Source of the DNA: Euryarchaeota archaeon UBA91
Lineage (GTDB): Archaea; Thermoplasmatota; Poseidoniia; Poseidoniales; Poseidoniaceae
Assembly (NCBI GenBank): GCA_002499705.1
Contig: DAMU01000040.1
Span: 114-64,113 of the forward strand
Direction: 5' to 3'
DNA length: 64,000 nt
Part shown: positions 53,580 to 62,797 of the stretch, in pieces
How the letters are laid out: every line of letters begins with the position of its first letter
Numbering within the stretch: the stretch's first letter is position 1
Notes under the pieces: model-generated
The model's input: only the letters and a program-made list of their open reading frames with translations
Database searches by the model: none
Told to the model about the DNA's origin: nothing
Translations under genes and position numbers: made by a program

Positions 53580-54233
53580 ATGGGCGCCTCGGTTGGTGTG
53601 GGGGGTCTCATTGTAGGGATCTCAATGTTGTTGGTCTTTTCAATGGCCATTACAACATTAAGCAGTCAAACAACGACTTCTTTAGAAGTTATTGAATCTG
53701 CTCAGACACCAGCCCCAATCATCACAATCGAAAGTGCGCAATACCTCAATTCAATACACAGTATTAGCATCCTTAACGGCGGTAATGGCTATGTTGACGG
53801 TCAACTCATCTCATCAGATTGTCCTGGTTTTTCAGCAGATTTCACCGTGATTGCCGGTGTCATATCTTCCGTTGATACAATTGTCAACCGAGGTGTTTGT
53901 AATGCTGACCCTGCCACAATCGAAGTCGAAAACCAACCCGGTGGAAGTAACGCAGATTTTGACTCAGAGATAAAACGCTATTTTCACGGCGAAGTCACGA
54001 ATGATGGGTCTGAGACACTTTCTACCGGCGAGGTTTGGTTTTTCTTTGACGGCTTGTCACCAACAACCATGACTTCATCCGATTTTTCTCCATCCGTAGT
54101 GAAGAATAATTGGTTTTCTGGAGAGACAATTTCCGTTATTGGTGCGAGTGAAGGCCCTACGCCTTTACTTTCTCGAATGAGTATTACTGTTGGTGAAACG
54201 AGTGTTTCGAAAACGATAGTCGTTCCAGCATGA
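53580..54233 (+). CDS. arlF: ArlF-like archaellum protein
   Basis: MGASVGVGGLIVGISMLLVFSMAITTL resembles the FlaF-type MGFS... N-terminal hydrophobic helix followed by a beta-rich domain. Position is upstream of arlG-H-I-J. GAGGTGA lies 8 nt upstream. The F versus G assignment rests on order and N-terminus only. Confidence 0.65.
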   Translation: MGASVGVGGLIVGISMLLVFSMAITTLSSQTTTSLEVIESAQTPAPIITIESAQYLNSIHSISILNGGNGYVDGQLISSDCPGFSADFTVIAGVISSVDTIVNRGVCNADPATIEVENQPGGSNADFDSEIKRYFHGEVTNDGSETLSTGEVWFFFDGLSPTTMTSSDFSPSVVKNNWFSGETISVIGASEGPTPLLSRMSITVGETSVSKTIVVPA

Positions 54234-54242
54234 GGTGAGAAG

Positions 54243-54761
54243 ATGGCAGACGGTGGAGCATCAACAATCATCATGCTGGTTACCGCATTGCTCATTTCAA
54301 GTGCAGCGAGTGCTGTCCTAATCCAAGAATGGTCCTCTACCTCACGAGTCATGCAACAGCAACAGATGGGGTTACAAATCTCTGAAGAGATCGGAATTGA
54401 TTTTGCTGGTGACCCGATGATGGTCGATCTCCAACTGGGCGCAACTCCGGCAGCACTCAACGAAATAACGTTCTATGTTCAGAACACTGGCATTCACAAG
54501 ATGAATGAAAACTCACTTTCTATCATCGTCGATGGAGTTACCCTTGACGGAACTTCAATTGTAAGTCGGTCGTTTGTACCAAACACTGCCGGTGATTGGG
54601 ACTCACATGTTTTACTTGAAATAAAAATGCGCGATATCGCCTTTGACGCATATGTCGATGGCGAAGAAATTTCAATCTTTGCGATCGCACGTTCGCTCAA
54701 TATTAACGGAATTTCGATGAGTGCCGAGATGAGTGAGGAGGTGCAATTGCATGTCTCCTGA
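54243..54761 (+). CDS. arlG: ArlG-like archaellum protein
   Basis: MADGGASTIIMLVTALLISSAASAVLIQEW is an archaellin-like N-terminal helix. 172 aa, located between arlF and arlH. GAGGTGA lies upstream. Confidence 0.65.
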   Translation: MADGGASTIIMLVTALLISSAASAVLIQEWSSTSRVMQQQQMGLQISEEIGIDFAGDPMMVDLQLGATPAALNEITFYVQNTGIHKMNENSLSIIVDGVTLDGTSIVSRSFVPNTAGDWDSHVLLEIKMRDIAFDAYVDGEEISIFAIARSLNINGISMSAEMSEEVQLHVS

Positions 54762-55494
54762 GCACGGTAATGAAGATCCGTTGATGACGGCACACAAGCC
54801 AATAGAAGATGGATTCCCTTATGATCTTGAAACGGATTCATTAGCAGATTCGATGGGTCTTCGTCTTCCGAATCGTTCTCTCTATGTTCTCCAGGGGACT
54901 GTTGGTGGTGGTAAATCTCTCATTTCCCAACGCCTTGTCTATGGATTAGTTGAAAACGGTGTCAAGGTCTTGGTTATCACAACTGAACTGACGACTCGCG
55001 GTTGGATTGAACAAATGGAATCCATTGGATACGGCGTTACCGATGCAGTTCGTGAAGGAAAACTTCTCATCTTCAGCCGTTTTGGAACTATTGCTGAATC
55101 TAAACCTGAGGTTAAGTTGGAACAACTCTTAGATTCTGAAGCAATCGAATTAGCCGATGTTGTTGTCATCGATTCAGCGAGTTCGATTATGCCTTCTGAT
55201 CTTGACGATATCAGTCGTTTTAATTTGATGCAGCGTCTTCGTCAAATCTCATCGAAAGGGCGTTCACTGATGTTGTGCGTCGACCCTGAAGAGATGGATG
55301 AGAAGTTGATGCATAACATGCGCAGTTCTGCTGAAATTGTATTGGATCTTACAACGAACATGATTGGAGGAGAAATCAAACGAAACATCGTTGTTACTCG
55401 TTTCTTACGCGCAGCCGGTCCTGTCCAAACATCGATTGGATGGCGTGTTGAACCAAGTATGGGCTTCATCGTTGATATTACTGCGGTGAGTTGA
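54751..55494 (+). CDS. arlH: ArlH (FlaH), RecA/KaiC-like ATP-binding archaellum protein
   Basis: Walker A LQGTVGGGKSLISQRL, KVLVITTELTT, VVVIDSAS (Walker B-like). GAGGAGGTG lies 7 nt upstream of the ATG at 54751. Confidence 0.85.
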   Translation: MSPEHGNEDPLMTAHKPIEDGFPYDLETDSLADSMGLRLPNRSLYVLQGTVGGGKSLISQRLVYGLVENGVKVLVITTELTTRGWIEQMESIGYGVTDAVREGKLLIFSRFGTIAESKPEVKLEQLLDSEAIELADVVVIDSASSIMPSDLDDISRFNLMQRLRQISSKGRSLMLCVDPEEMDEKLMHNMRSSAEIVLDLTTNMIGGEIKRNIVVTRFLRAAGPVQTSIGWRVEPSMGFIVDITAVS

Positions 55495-55508
55495 GGAGGG
55501 ATATTACG

Positions 55509-57227
55509 ATGGTTGAAGAAGAACTCCGATTTGCTCGAGGTGACCTGAATGCGGTCATGAACGCACACCCTCACGTTGGCGATTGGGTTCGGGATTTTGA
55601 GGCGAAATACGGTTCCCGTCCTATCTATTATGGGCCCTTGGATCGAGATGCTAAAAAGCAACGACCACTCAATTTAATTTATCTTGCAAAGGAACCTATC
55701 TTTGTCCATATTTACGAACCTCCTGCGGACGAAGAAGGTGGTGGTCAAGTCCTATGGTTCGGTTTAGAGCCTCAATTGACTGAAGAAGAAGAGAATATTC
55801 GTAGACAATTGGTTGAAACACTGCTCCAAGAGGCTCCAAGCGCTCCGACTTTTACAACCGATTCAGAGTTTGAGTCAATCCTCGCTCGAATGATTGATCA
55901 ATACACTGTCCTTGAATCTGAACTTACTACCAATGTACGTCGTCAAGGACGCATGTGGGAAATGATGGGCTTAGATGACAAGCGCATGCTTGTTACTCCT
56001 GAGCAGCGCGAACGATTACAATACATCATCATTCGCGATTTGATACGAAACGGCCCTCTTGAACCCCTACTCTCCGATGAAATGTTGGAAGATATTCACT
56101 CCATTGGTTTGAAGCACGTTCACATGGATCACAAAGTGTTTGGAATGGTCTCCTCAAACATCCGTTTCCGAGACCGCGACGTTCTCGCTCGTTTCTTACG
56201 TGCCATGTCTGAACGTATCGGCCGACCAGTTTCAGACAATAAGCCGATTATCGATGGTGCTTTGCTTGACGGCTCACGTATCAATATTATTTTCTCCGAT
56301 GACGTATCAATGCTCGGCCCTTCGTTCACCATCCGTAAGTTCGCTGAGGAAACAATTTCGATTACTCAACTTATCGCATGGGGGACGATTTCATCTCAAG
56401 TTGCCGCCTATATCTGGATCTGTCTTGAATACGGCATGTCCGTGCTCGTGTCTGGTGAAACCGCATCCGGAAAGACGACGACATTGAATGCAATTTTACC
56501 GTTCATTGATCACAATGTTAAGATCTATTCAGCAGAAGACACACCTGAAGTTAAGGTTCGTCACAAGATTTGGCAACGTCTGGTTACTCGAACATCAAAG
56601 AGTGAAGATTCGAGCGTTGAAATGTTCGATTTGTTGAAGGCAGCTTTACGTAGCCGTCCCAGATACATCATCATCGGTGAAATTCGTGGTGTTGAAGGAG
56701 CAACTGCATTCCAAGCAATGCAGACTGGTCACCCAGTTATCGCTACATTCCACGCATCATCCATCGTTAAAATGATTCAGAGATTTACCGGTGACCCAAT
56801 CAATGTTCCAATTCGTTTCTTCGACAACCTGAACTTCGCTATTTTCCAAGAAGTGGTTGAAGCGCCTGGTGGCGGAATTGCTCGACGTGTTACGGGTATT
56901 GACGAGGTCATTGGATACAATAAACACAGCGACGGTGTGCTTACCCGTGGTATGTTCGAATGGGATCCTGTGAAGGACAAGCACTATTTCCGAGGTATGT
57001 TTCAAAGTCATTTACTTGAAAACAAAATTGCAGCAATGGCAGGATTTGCTAATAAGCGTGACATTTACGATGAAATGCTCAAGCGCGCAGATGCTCTTCA
57101 ACGCATGGTAGACCGAGACCTTACCCACTATGACGACGTTTTCGATTTACTTGGAATTTATTACAACAGTGGATGGGATCATTTCGATAAAGCCGTTGAT
57201 AGTTGGAAAGGCATAAACCATGATTGA
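55509..57227 (+). CDS. arlI: ArlI (FlaI), archaellum assembly/motor ATPase (type II/IV secretion ATPase superfamily)
   Basis: VLVSGETASGKTTTLNAILPFI (Walker A), YIIIGEIRGVEGATAFQAMQTGHPVIATFHA. GAGGAGGG lies 8 nt upstream of the ATG at 55509. Confidence 0.95.
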   Translation: MVEEELRFARGDLNAVMNAHPHVGDWVRDFEAKYGSRPIYYGPLDRDAKKQRPLNLIYLAKEPIFVHIYEPPADEEGGGQVLWFGLEPQLTEEEENIRRQLVETLLQEAPSAPTFTTDSEFESILARMIDQYTVLESELTTNVRRQGRMWEMMGLDDKRMLVTPEQRERLQYIIIRDLIRNGPLEPLLSDEMLEDIHSIGLKHVHMDHKVFGMVSSNIRFRDRDVLARFLRAMSERIGRPVSDNKPIIDGALLDGSRINIIFSDDVSMLGPSFTIRKFAEETISITQLIAWGTISSQVAAYIWICLEYGMSVLVSGETASGKTTTLNAILPFIDHNVKIYSAEDTPEVKVRHKIWQRLVTRTSKSEDSSVEMFDLLKAALRSRPRYIIIGEIRGVEGATAFQAMQTGHPVIATFHASSIVKMIQRFTGDPINVPIRFFDNLNFAIFQEVVEAPGGGIARRVTGIDEVIGYNKHSDGVLTRGMFEWDPVKDKHYFRGMFQSHLLENKIAAMAGFANKRDIYDEMLKRADALQRMVDRDLTHYDDVFDLLGIYYNSGWDHFDKAVDSWKGINHD

Positions 57228-57237
57228 GGGATAATGT

Positions 57238-59040
57238 ATGCAGCGAATGTCTTCCTGGCAAATCGCTCTGCGTCGCATAGAAATGCCCATTTCACAATTC
57301 ATTTTGTTCTTCGTTGGTGGTGCTGCACTTACAGGATTTATCTTCTCTTTCATTTTGATATCCGTCACCGGTGGTACTGGTGATCAAGGTCTTTTTACTG
57401 GTAGTTCGAGTATTCTTTTGGCCCTCTTACTCCCACTCATCACAGGTGGGGCAGCCTTCGTATTCCCGTTACTTGAGGTCCGTCGTTCGGCGACCATGAT
57501 CGAAAAAGAGATGCACATGTTCATCACTCGAATGGGAATTCTATCATTGGGTGAAGTCGCAGCCCAATCGATTTTCGATATCCTAAAGCAGATGAGTGAT
57601 TATGGTGAACTCGCTATTGAAGTGAAGCGGATTGAAACTCTTGTCGACAAATGGCATACCTCTTTGCCTGAAGCATCTCGAATCGTTGCTCAGCAAAGTC
57701 CCAGCCCCCTGTGGGCTGATTTCCTTGATCGAATGGCTTTTTCAATTGAGGCAGGTCAACCGATTGACGAATTTATGCGCTCAGAACAAGAAACGGTTTC
57801 CGAACAATACGCTACGCTCTACGACACTCGCCTTGAATCGGTCGATACGATGAAAGAAATCTATGTTTCTTTGGTTTCTGCCGGATTATTTGGTTTAGTT
57901 ATTGCAGGAATTCACCTTGTCCTTTTCGAAGTTGGTTCAGCAAGCGATACTCCAATCATGGTTGCGAGTCGCCTGCGCTTCTTACTGCTTGCAGGTTTGT
58001 TGTTTACCGTCGTTCAGGTTGGTGCTGTTTTTGCATTCCGTGCCTCTATTCCTGAAGACCCAACTTTTGCTCGTGACACCTTAGATACTCCGTTTCGTAT
58101 TAATTTCGTTCGCTCGCTTGTACTGTCCTTCGTTCTTACAGGCATACTTCTGGTTGTAACCATCATCACTATTCTTTCAGCTTGGCAGGCGGTCACGTCT
58201 CAGTGGGACCGTTATGGATTGCTGCTCATCGCTGCTCCGTTATCTCCAATGCTTATTCCTGCGCTGATGGTTGGACGAGAAGAGCGACAAATTCTTCGCA
58301 GAGACGAAACCTATCCTGATTTTATTCGAGCACTTGGTGGAACCGCTCAAGCACGTTCGGCAGAACCTTCTGCTACAATCAAAGCACTCCGTGGCATTGA
58401 TTTTGGAATGCTTGACAACTCTATCGACCGTTTGGAACGTCGACTTTCAACCCGAATCGATTCGGATAGAGCATGGGATTACTTCAATGCAGATACGAAC
58501 TCTGCTGTTATCTCTCGTTATACTCGAATTTACATTGAAGGCTCTCAATCTTCGGGTCAGCCGGCACGAACTGCCGAAATGGTTTCTCGAACGGTAGGCA
58601 GTCTTCTTTCTCTGCGCCGCCGCAGATCTCTCTCAGCCAACACCATGCGTGGCGTAGCGCTTGGTTTACTCATTGCTTGTGTAACCAGCCTGAATGTTAC
58701 GATTTCTATTGTCGTACGTCTCGGTGATTCAATTGCAGGAATCGCAACGACATTCACTGAGAACAGCAATGTCGACCTCGCCCAGTTCGGTGCTCAAATT
58801 GCACTACCAATCATGGACGATGCTTCAGGAGTTAGTGAAAACATTCGCTTGTTCAAAATCATTGTTTCCATTCTTATCCTTTTCCAAGTCTGGGCGGTTT
58901 CAGTCATTTCGAATCGACTCCGAGGTGGTGGTATGACCACCGCACTGGGGCAATCGATTCAACTGCTTTGGATTGCCGGGATAACTTCGTATGTCACATC
59001 GCTGATTCTCGAATCTGCTGCAGCACTATTCAATGTGTGA
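57238..59040 (+). CDS. arlJ: ArlJ (FlaJ), polytopic archaellum membrane platform protein
   Basis: 600 aa. Two blocks of TM helices separated by cytoplasmic helical domains (T2SS-F-like duplication). Immediately downstream of arlI. Confidence 0.85.
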   Translation: MQRMSSWQIALRRIEMPISQFILFFVGGAALTGFIFSFILISVTGGTGDQGLFTGSSSILLALLLPLITGGAAFVFPLLEVRRSATMIEKEMHMFITRMGILSLGEVAAQSIFDILKQMSDYGELAIEVKRIETLVDKWHTSLPEASRIVAQQSPSPLWADFLDRMAFSIEAGQPIDEFMRSEQETVSEQYATLYDTRLESVDTMKEIYVSLVSAGLFGLVIAGIHLVLFEVGSASDTPIMVASRLRFLLLAGLLFTVVQVGAVFAFRASIPEDPTFARDTLDTPFRINFVRSLVLSFVLTGILLVVTIITILSAWQAVTSQWDRYGLLLIAAPLSPMLIPALMVGREERQILRRDETYPDFIRALGGTAQARSAEPSATIKALRGIDFGMLDNSIDRLERRLSTRIDSDRAWDYFNADTNSAVISRYTRIYIEGSQSSGQPARTAEMVSRTVGSLLSLRRRRSLSANTMRGVALGLLIACVTSLNVTISIVVRLGDSIAGIATTFTENSNVDLAQFGAQIALPIMDDASGVSENIRLFKIIVSILILFQVWAVSVISNRLRGGGMTTALGQSIQLLWIAGITSYVTSLILESAAALFNV

Positions 59041-59081
59041 AATATCCCAACAATCATAACCCGATTGTAAGATGAATTATC

Positions 59082-59540
59082 ATGCAAGTCCCTCCACCAC
59101 CCGCCCCAGTCTCGCCAACTCAACCCGTAATCCCAGCTGCGCCATCACCATACCAGCCAGCAGCAGGTTTCCAACAGTCTGTTCTCAGTTACTCGTTTCA
59201 CCGTTGTCTCATGATTGGTGTAATCCTTATTCTTGCATCGGTCGTCTTTGTTGAAGTTATTGAGATGGATGGAGCACCATCTTTGGTTGACTATGACATG
59301 GAAGTTGAAGGTCAAATGGAACAGATGCTGGAAGATACTGAATCACATACCGACTTGAATCGCGTTATAGGTTCCTTTAGTGCAATTCTCCAAGCCATCG
59401 GACTTGGGATGATTGGCTATGCACTGCTAAGAGAATCTCATGACGGAACCAATGAGCACACAGCACTGCGAGTCACTACCGTTATCGTTGGTGCTTTGGT
59501 TCTCGTAAACATTGCTTCTCGAAGTATTACCATCTTCTGA
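59082..59540 (+). CDS. Hypothetical membrane protein (152 aa) with a Pro-rich N-terminus, last gene of the archaellum unit
   Basis: MQVPPPPAPVSPTQPVIPAAPSPYQP, then three hydrophobic helices (LMIGVILILASVVFV, FSAILQAIGLGMIGYALL, TTVIVGALVLVNIA). Starts 41 nt after arlJ. Confidence 0.6.
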   Translation: MQVPPPPAPVSPTQPVIPAAPSPYQPAAGFQQSVLSYSFHRCLMIGVILILASVVFVEVIEMDGAPSLVDYDMEVEGQMEQMLEDTESHTDLNRVIGSFSAILQAIGLGMIGYALLRESHDGTNEHTALRVTTVIVGALVLVNIASRSITIF

Positions 59541-59541
59541 A

Positions 59542-60201
59542 TCAGCGTTTCATCTCTTGAGAAATTCGCTTTTTCGTTGCAGTCCAAGAACAAATTGGGC
59601 ACTTTGTAAGATCATGTCCTCGCGCTGGGCAGTATTCTCTCCCAAAGAAAATAATTTGTAAATGTAATTTGTTCCAGATTTCTTTCGGAAAAATTGCTTT
59701 GAGGTCGTGCTCGGTTTTCTGTACTGTAGTGTCGTTTGAAAGTCCCCATCGAGCAGCAAGTCGATGGATATGCGTATCGATTGGGAAAGCAGGAACTCCA
59801 AAGGCTTGAGCCATGACAACACCTGCTGTTTTGTGACCAACACCTGGTAAATCCTCGAGTTCCTCAAACGTTTGTGGAACAATACCATTGTGGCGTTCGA
59901 CCAGCAATTCTGATAATCGATGAATGTTCTTCGCTTTTGTAGGAGCAAGGCCTACCTGACGAATATCGCTGAGGATGGTCTCAACACTGAGTTTGACCAT
60001 CGCTTCAGGAGTCGGTGCTTTCTCAAAGAGGGCAGGAGTTACTTGGTTGACTTTGAGGTCAGTCGTTTGAGCGCTCATCAACACTGCTACGAGCAGTTGG
60101 AAATCATTTTCGTGATCGAGTGGAACGGGTGTTTCCGGATAGAACTCCTCAAGCATAACGGCAATTCGTTGCGCTTTTTCACTCCGTTTCATCTCATTCA
60201 C
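59542..60201 (-). CDS. nth: Endonuclease III (Nth) family DNA glycosylase/AP lyase
   Basis: FQLLVAVLMSAQTTD, HhH-GPD LPGVGHKTAGVVM...PIDTHIHR. The C-terminal Cys loop is atypical: CPARGHDLTKCPIC. Confidence 0.9.
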   Translation of the reverse strand: MNEMKRSEKAQRIAVMLEEFYPETPVPLDHENDFQLLVAVLMSAQTTDLKVNQVTPALFEKAPTPEAMVKLSVETILSDIRQVGLAPTKAKNIHRLSELLVERHNGIVPQTFEELEDLPGVGHKTAGVVMAQAFGVPAFPIDTHIHRLAARWGLSNDTTVQKTEHDLKAIFPKEIWNKLHLQIIFFGREYCPARGHDLTKCPICSWTATKKRISQEMKR

Positions 60202-60499
60202 CCTTCACGAGTTGTGGAGGGACTTTGTAGGTATAATCAACCCCATCACCTAAAAGTTGGATTTCAAATTTTTCTTGATTGAAATGAACTTCTTCCACTT
60301 TTGCGTCAATACCATGCAATGGCATAGATGCGGCAAAGTTCCCTTTTCGATAGAGGAATAGACTCGTCTGAACTTGGTCTGGTGGTGAAATAAAGCGAAG
60401 AGCATCTCCACTGAATTCGACTTCACCGTTGACTTTGGTAAAAAAAACTTCGAAGGCTTCGCATAATTCAGGCCAGTGCTCGATATTCATGCTGGACAT
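60194..60499 (-). CDS. Hypothetical protein (101 aa)
   Basis: ORF overlaps the nth start by 8 nt on the same strand. Soluble, beta-rich composition. I recognise no family. Confidence 0.5.
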   Translation of the reverse strand: MSSMNIEHWPELCEAFEVFFTKVNGEVEFSGDALRFISPPDQVQTSLFLYRKGNFAASMPLHGIDAKVEEVHFNQEKFEIQLLGDGVDYTYKVPPQLVKGE

Positions 60500-60508
60500 C
60501 CAATCACC

Positions 60509-60718
60509 TCATGATTCCATTTTCACAGCGTATGCTTCACCGGTTTTCCAACCGAAGAATATCCCGATGCTCACCGAAAGAAGCGGTATGCCGTTGCAGA
60601 TGAGTGACTCCATAGGTTCCGTAACCGGCTGGCCAGCAAGATACCATACAATCATCGACAAAAGAAGACCAGGAATCAACATGACTCCACCAATAATGAG
60701 GGTCCTTAGAAGGCGCAT
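60509..60718 (-). CDS. Hypothetical small two-TM membrane protein (69 aa)
   Basis: Two hydrophobic helices (LIIGGVMLIPGLLLSMIVWYL; IPLLSVSIGIFFGW). Same strand, lying between polX and the 101-aa ORF. Confidence 0.45.
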   Translation of the reverse strand: MRLLRTLIIGGVMLIPGLLLSMIVWYLAGQPVTEPMESLICNGIPLLSVSIGIFFGWKTGEAYAVKMES

Positions 60719-60765
60719 GATGTGTCCAACAGGCGGTGTGGCATGAAGGTGTGGTTCAAATTCGC

Positions 60766-62706
60766 TTACGCAAGGCGTTGCGTCAACTCACTTGCAGAGA
60801 GCGAATTGAGAACATTTTGAGATTCAATCCAACCTTTGCGAGCCGCCATTACTCCGTAGCTTACATCAGCCAAACCACGTATTGAATGCGCATCCGGGTT
60901 GATGATGACTGGAACGCCCAATCCTTTGGCATGCTTGCACAAGCGCCAGTCTAAATCTAAACGGTAAGGACTTGCATTCAATTCAACCGCTTTGAGTCGT
61001 CCTTCATCGTTGTGTTCCGCCATGTGTTCAAGTATCGCAAATAAATCGACTTCATAGCCATCCCTTCCCTGAAGTATTCGTCCAGTAGGATGGCCGAGAA
61101 CAGTAGTTGAGGGATGGTCTATGCAACGAATCAACTCTTCTGTGTTTTGAATTTCATCACGTGCTTTCCATTTTGAAAGAGCGTGAACTGAAGCAACAGT
61201 ATAGTCCAATTGTTCGAGCACGTCATCAGGGTGGTCGAGTTTACCACCTTCAAGAATATCGGATTCAACACCGTGGAATAATTTGAAGTCAACACCTTCT
61301 TCTTTCCAAGCAGCGTTGTATTGGCGTATCGTTTCGCCTTGGCTTAGCAAATCTTCTGCGCTGGCTCCATTTGCAATTTTGAGCGTCGGTGAATGGTCCG
61401 CAATACCCAGCCAATTCCAACCCATCTTTCGAGCCGTATCTGCCATTTCTTCAAGCGTAGCTTCCCCATCCGAAAGCGTGGTATGATTATGCAAGGCTCC
61501 ACGAATATCCTTTCCTGTTAGAAGTGAGGGGAGTCCGGAGGATTCTGCAGCAGCAATTTCACCCGTATCTTCTCTCAATTCGGGTGTGACCCAATCGAGC
61601 TCAAGATGCCGGTAGATGTCGGCTTCATCTGTGGCAGGGAGTGAAAATTTCGCTGCAGCCATGCCTTTCAAATCCCCTGCCTTTTCATCGGGGATGAGTC
61701 CAAATTCGTTGAGTTTCAAACCTCGGTCAATGGCGCGTTGGCGCATGGCAATGTTGTGCTCTTTACTACCGGTGAAATAGGCCAAAGTAAATGGGAAAAC
61801 CTCTGGAGGTACTAAGCGAACTTGAGCGTCAATCGTTCCACCACTTTCCAGTTGTTCGTAATCATCCCCTCCAATTGCCTCCAATACATTTGGGTCAATG
61901 TGGCCTACCGTAAACCCGCCTTCAAAGACACTCGTGTCAAGAATAATACTGATTTTGGAATCGCCAGCACCTTTGACATCTGCAATTCCTGGTAATCCAA
62001 GAATTGCTTCAGAGACCATCTCGTGCTGCTCACTTTCAACGGCGACAACCAAATCTAAGTCTCCGATTGTTTCTTTTCTTCTTCGAGCACTTCCAGCTAA
62101 TTGGGCTTTAAGAACGCCATCAAGAGCAGCGATTTTGGATTGGAAAGCCTCACCATACTTCAAACCGACATCAAGTCGTCTTCGTGCTCTAAATCGAGCA
62201 AGTAGTTCGATGCCGTCCAACATTCGGTTTTGAGACTTTTCTCCGAAACCTTTCATTGGAGCAATGAGGCCATCAAGTGCTGCTTGCTTCAAGGTTGCAA
62301 CTGAGTCGACCCCCAATTTTTCATTCATCAGTTTGATACGCTTTGGACCAAGCCCTGGTATGCCGAGCATTTCGATCAAACCCTTTGGCGTTTGTTCATG
62401 CAGGTCCTGCCAGTCACTGGGCCATCGTCCTTCACCAATGGCTTGCGTAAGGGCGGAACCAAGCCCTTTTCCAATACCTTTCATATCAAAAAGACGCCCA
62501 GTTGCGACCAATTCTCCGAGATCTTCAGTGAGTCCGCCGAGCATCCGACTTGCGTTCTGATACGAGCGAACTCGGAATACATTTGCTCCGTTGAGTTCGA
62601 GTAAAACTGCGACTTGGTGAAGCACCGTAGCGACTTGGTTTCGAGAAAAATATGGTGGGCCTTTGGGCCGGGCCTTGGGAAGAACAAAACCACCGCCGCC
62701 TGCCAT
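60766..62706 (-). CDS. polX: Family X DNA polymerase with C-terminal PHP domain (PolX)
   Basis: N-terminal FRVRSYQNASRML, HhH motifs (GIGKGLG, IPGLGPKRI), GSARRRKETIGDLDLVV (catalytic Asp pair), TGSKEHNIAMRQRA. PHP domain LHNHTTLSDG...ADHSP. Confidence 0.9.
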   Translation of the reverse strand: MAGGGGFVLPKARPKGPPYFSRNQVATVLHQVAVLLELNGANVFRVRSYQNASRMLGGLTEDLGELVATGRLFDMKGIGKGLGSALTQAIGEGRWPSDWQDLHEQTPKGLIEMLGIPGLGPKRIKLMNEKLGVDSVATLKQAALDGLIAPMKGFGEKSQNRMLDGIELLARFRARRRLDVGLKYGEAFQSKIAALDGVLKAQLAGSARRRKETIGDLDLVVAVESEQHEMVSEAILGLPGIADVKGAGDSKISIILDTSVFEGGFTVGHIDPNVLEAIGGDDYEQLESGGTIDAQVRLVPPEVFPFTLAYFTGSKEHNIAMRQRAIDRGLKLNEFGLIPDEKAGDLKGMAAAKFSLPATDEADIYRHLELDWVTPELREDTGEIAAAESSGLPSLLTGKDIRGALHNHTTLSDGEATLEEMADTARKMGWNWLGIADHSPTLKIANGASAEDLLSQGETIRQYNAAWKEEGVDFKLFHGVESDILEGGKLDHPDDVLEQLDYTVASVHALSKWKARDEIQNTEELIRCIDHPSTTVLGHPTGRILQGRDGYEVDLFAILEHMAEHNDEGRLKAVELNASPYRLDLDWRLCKHAKGLGVPVIINPDAHSIRGLADVSYGVMAARKGWIESQNVLNSLSASELTQRLA

Positions 62707-62797
62707 GAGCGATGATGCACTCCACCCTTCTCAAACATTGCTCTCATCCTCAACCGTCAAACTTCATGTTGAAGAACCACAAGCGACAGGCCTGTTC

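Noticed and set aside
62663-62797. 5' extension of the 62663..63127 ORF, whose start region overlaps the polX start codon (CATG)
   Set aside because: Divergent genes with overlapping start codons leave no promoter space, so I trimmed to the ATG at 62798. Even the trimmed ORF is only a low-confidence call.
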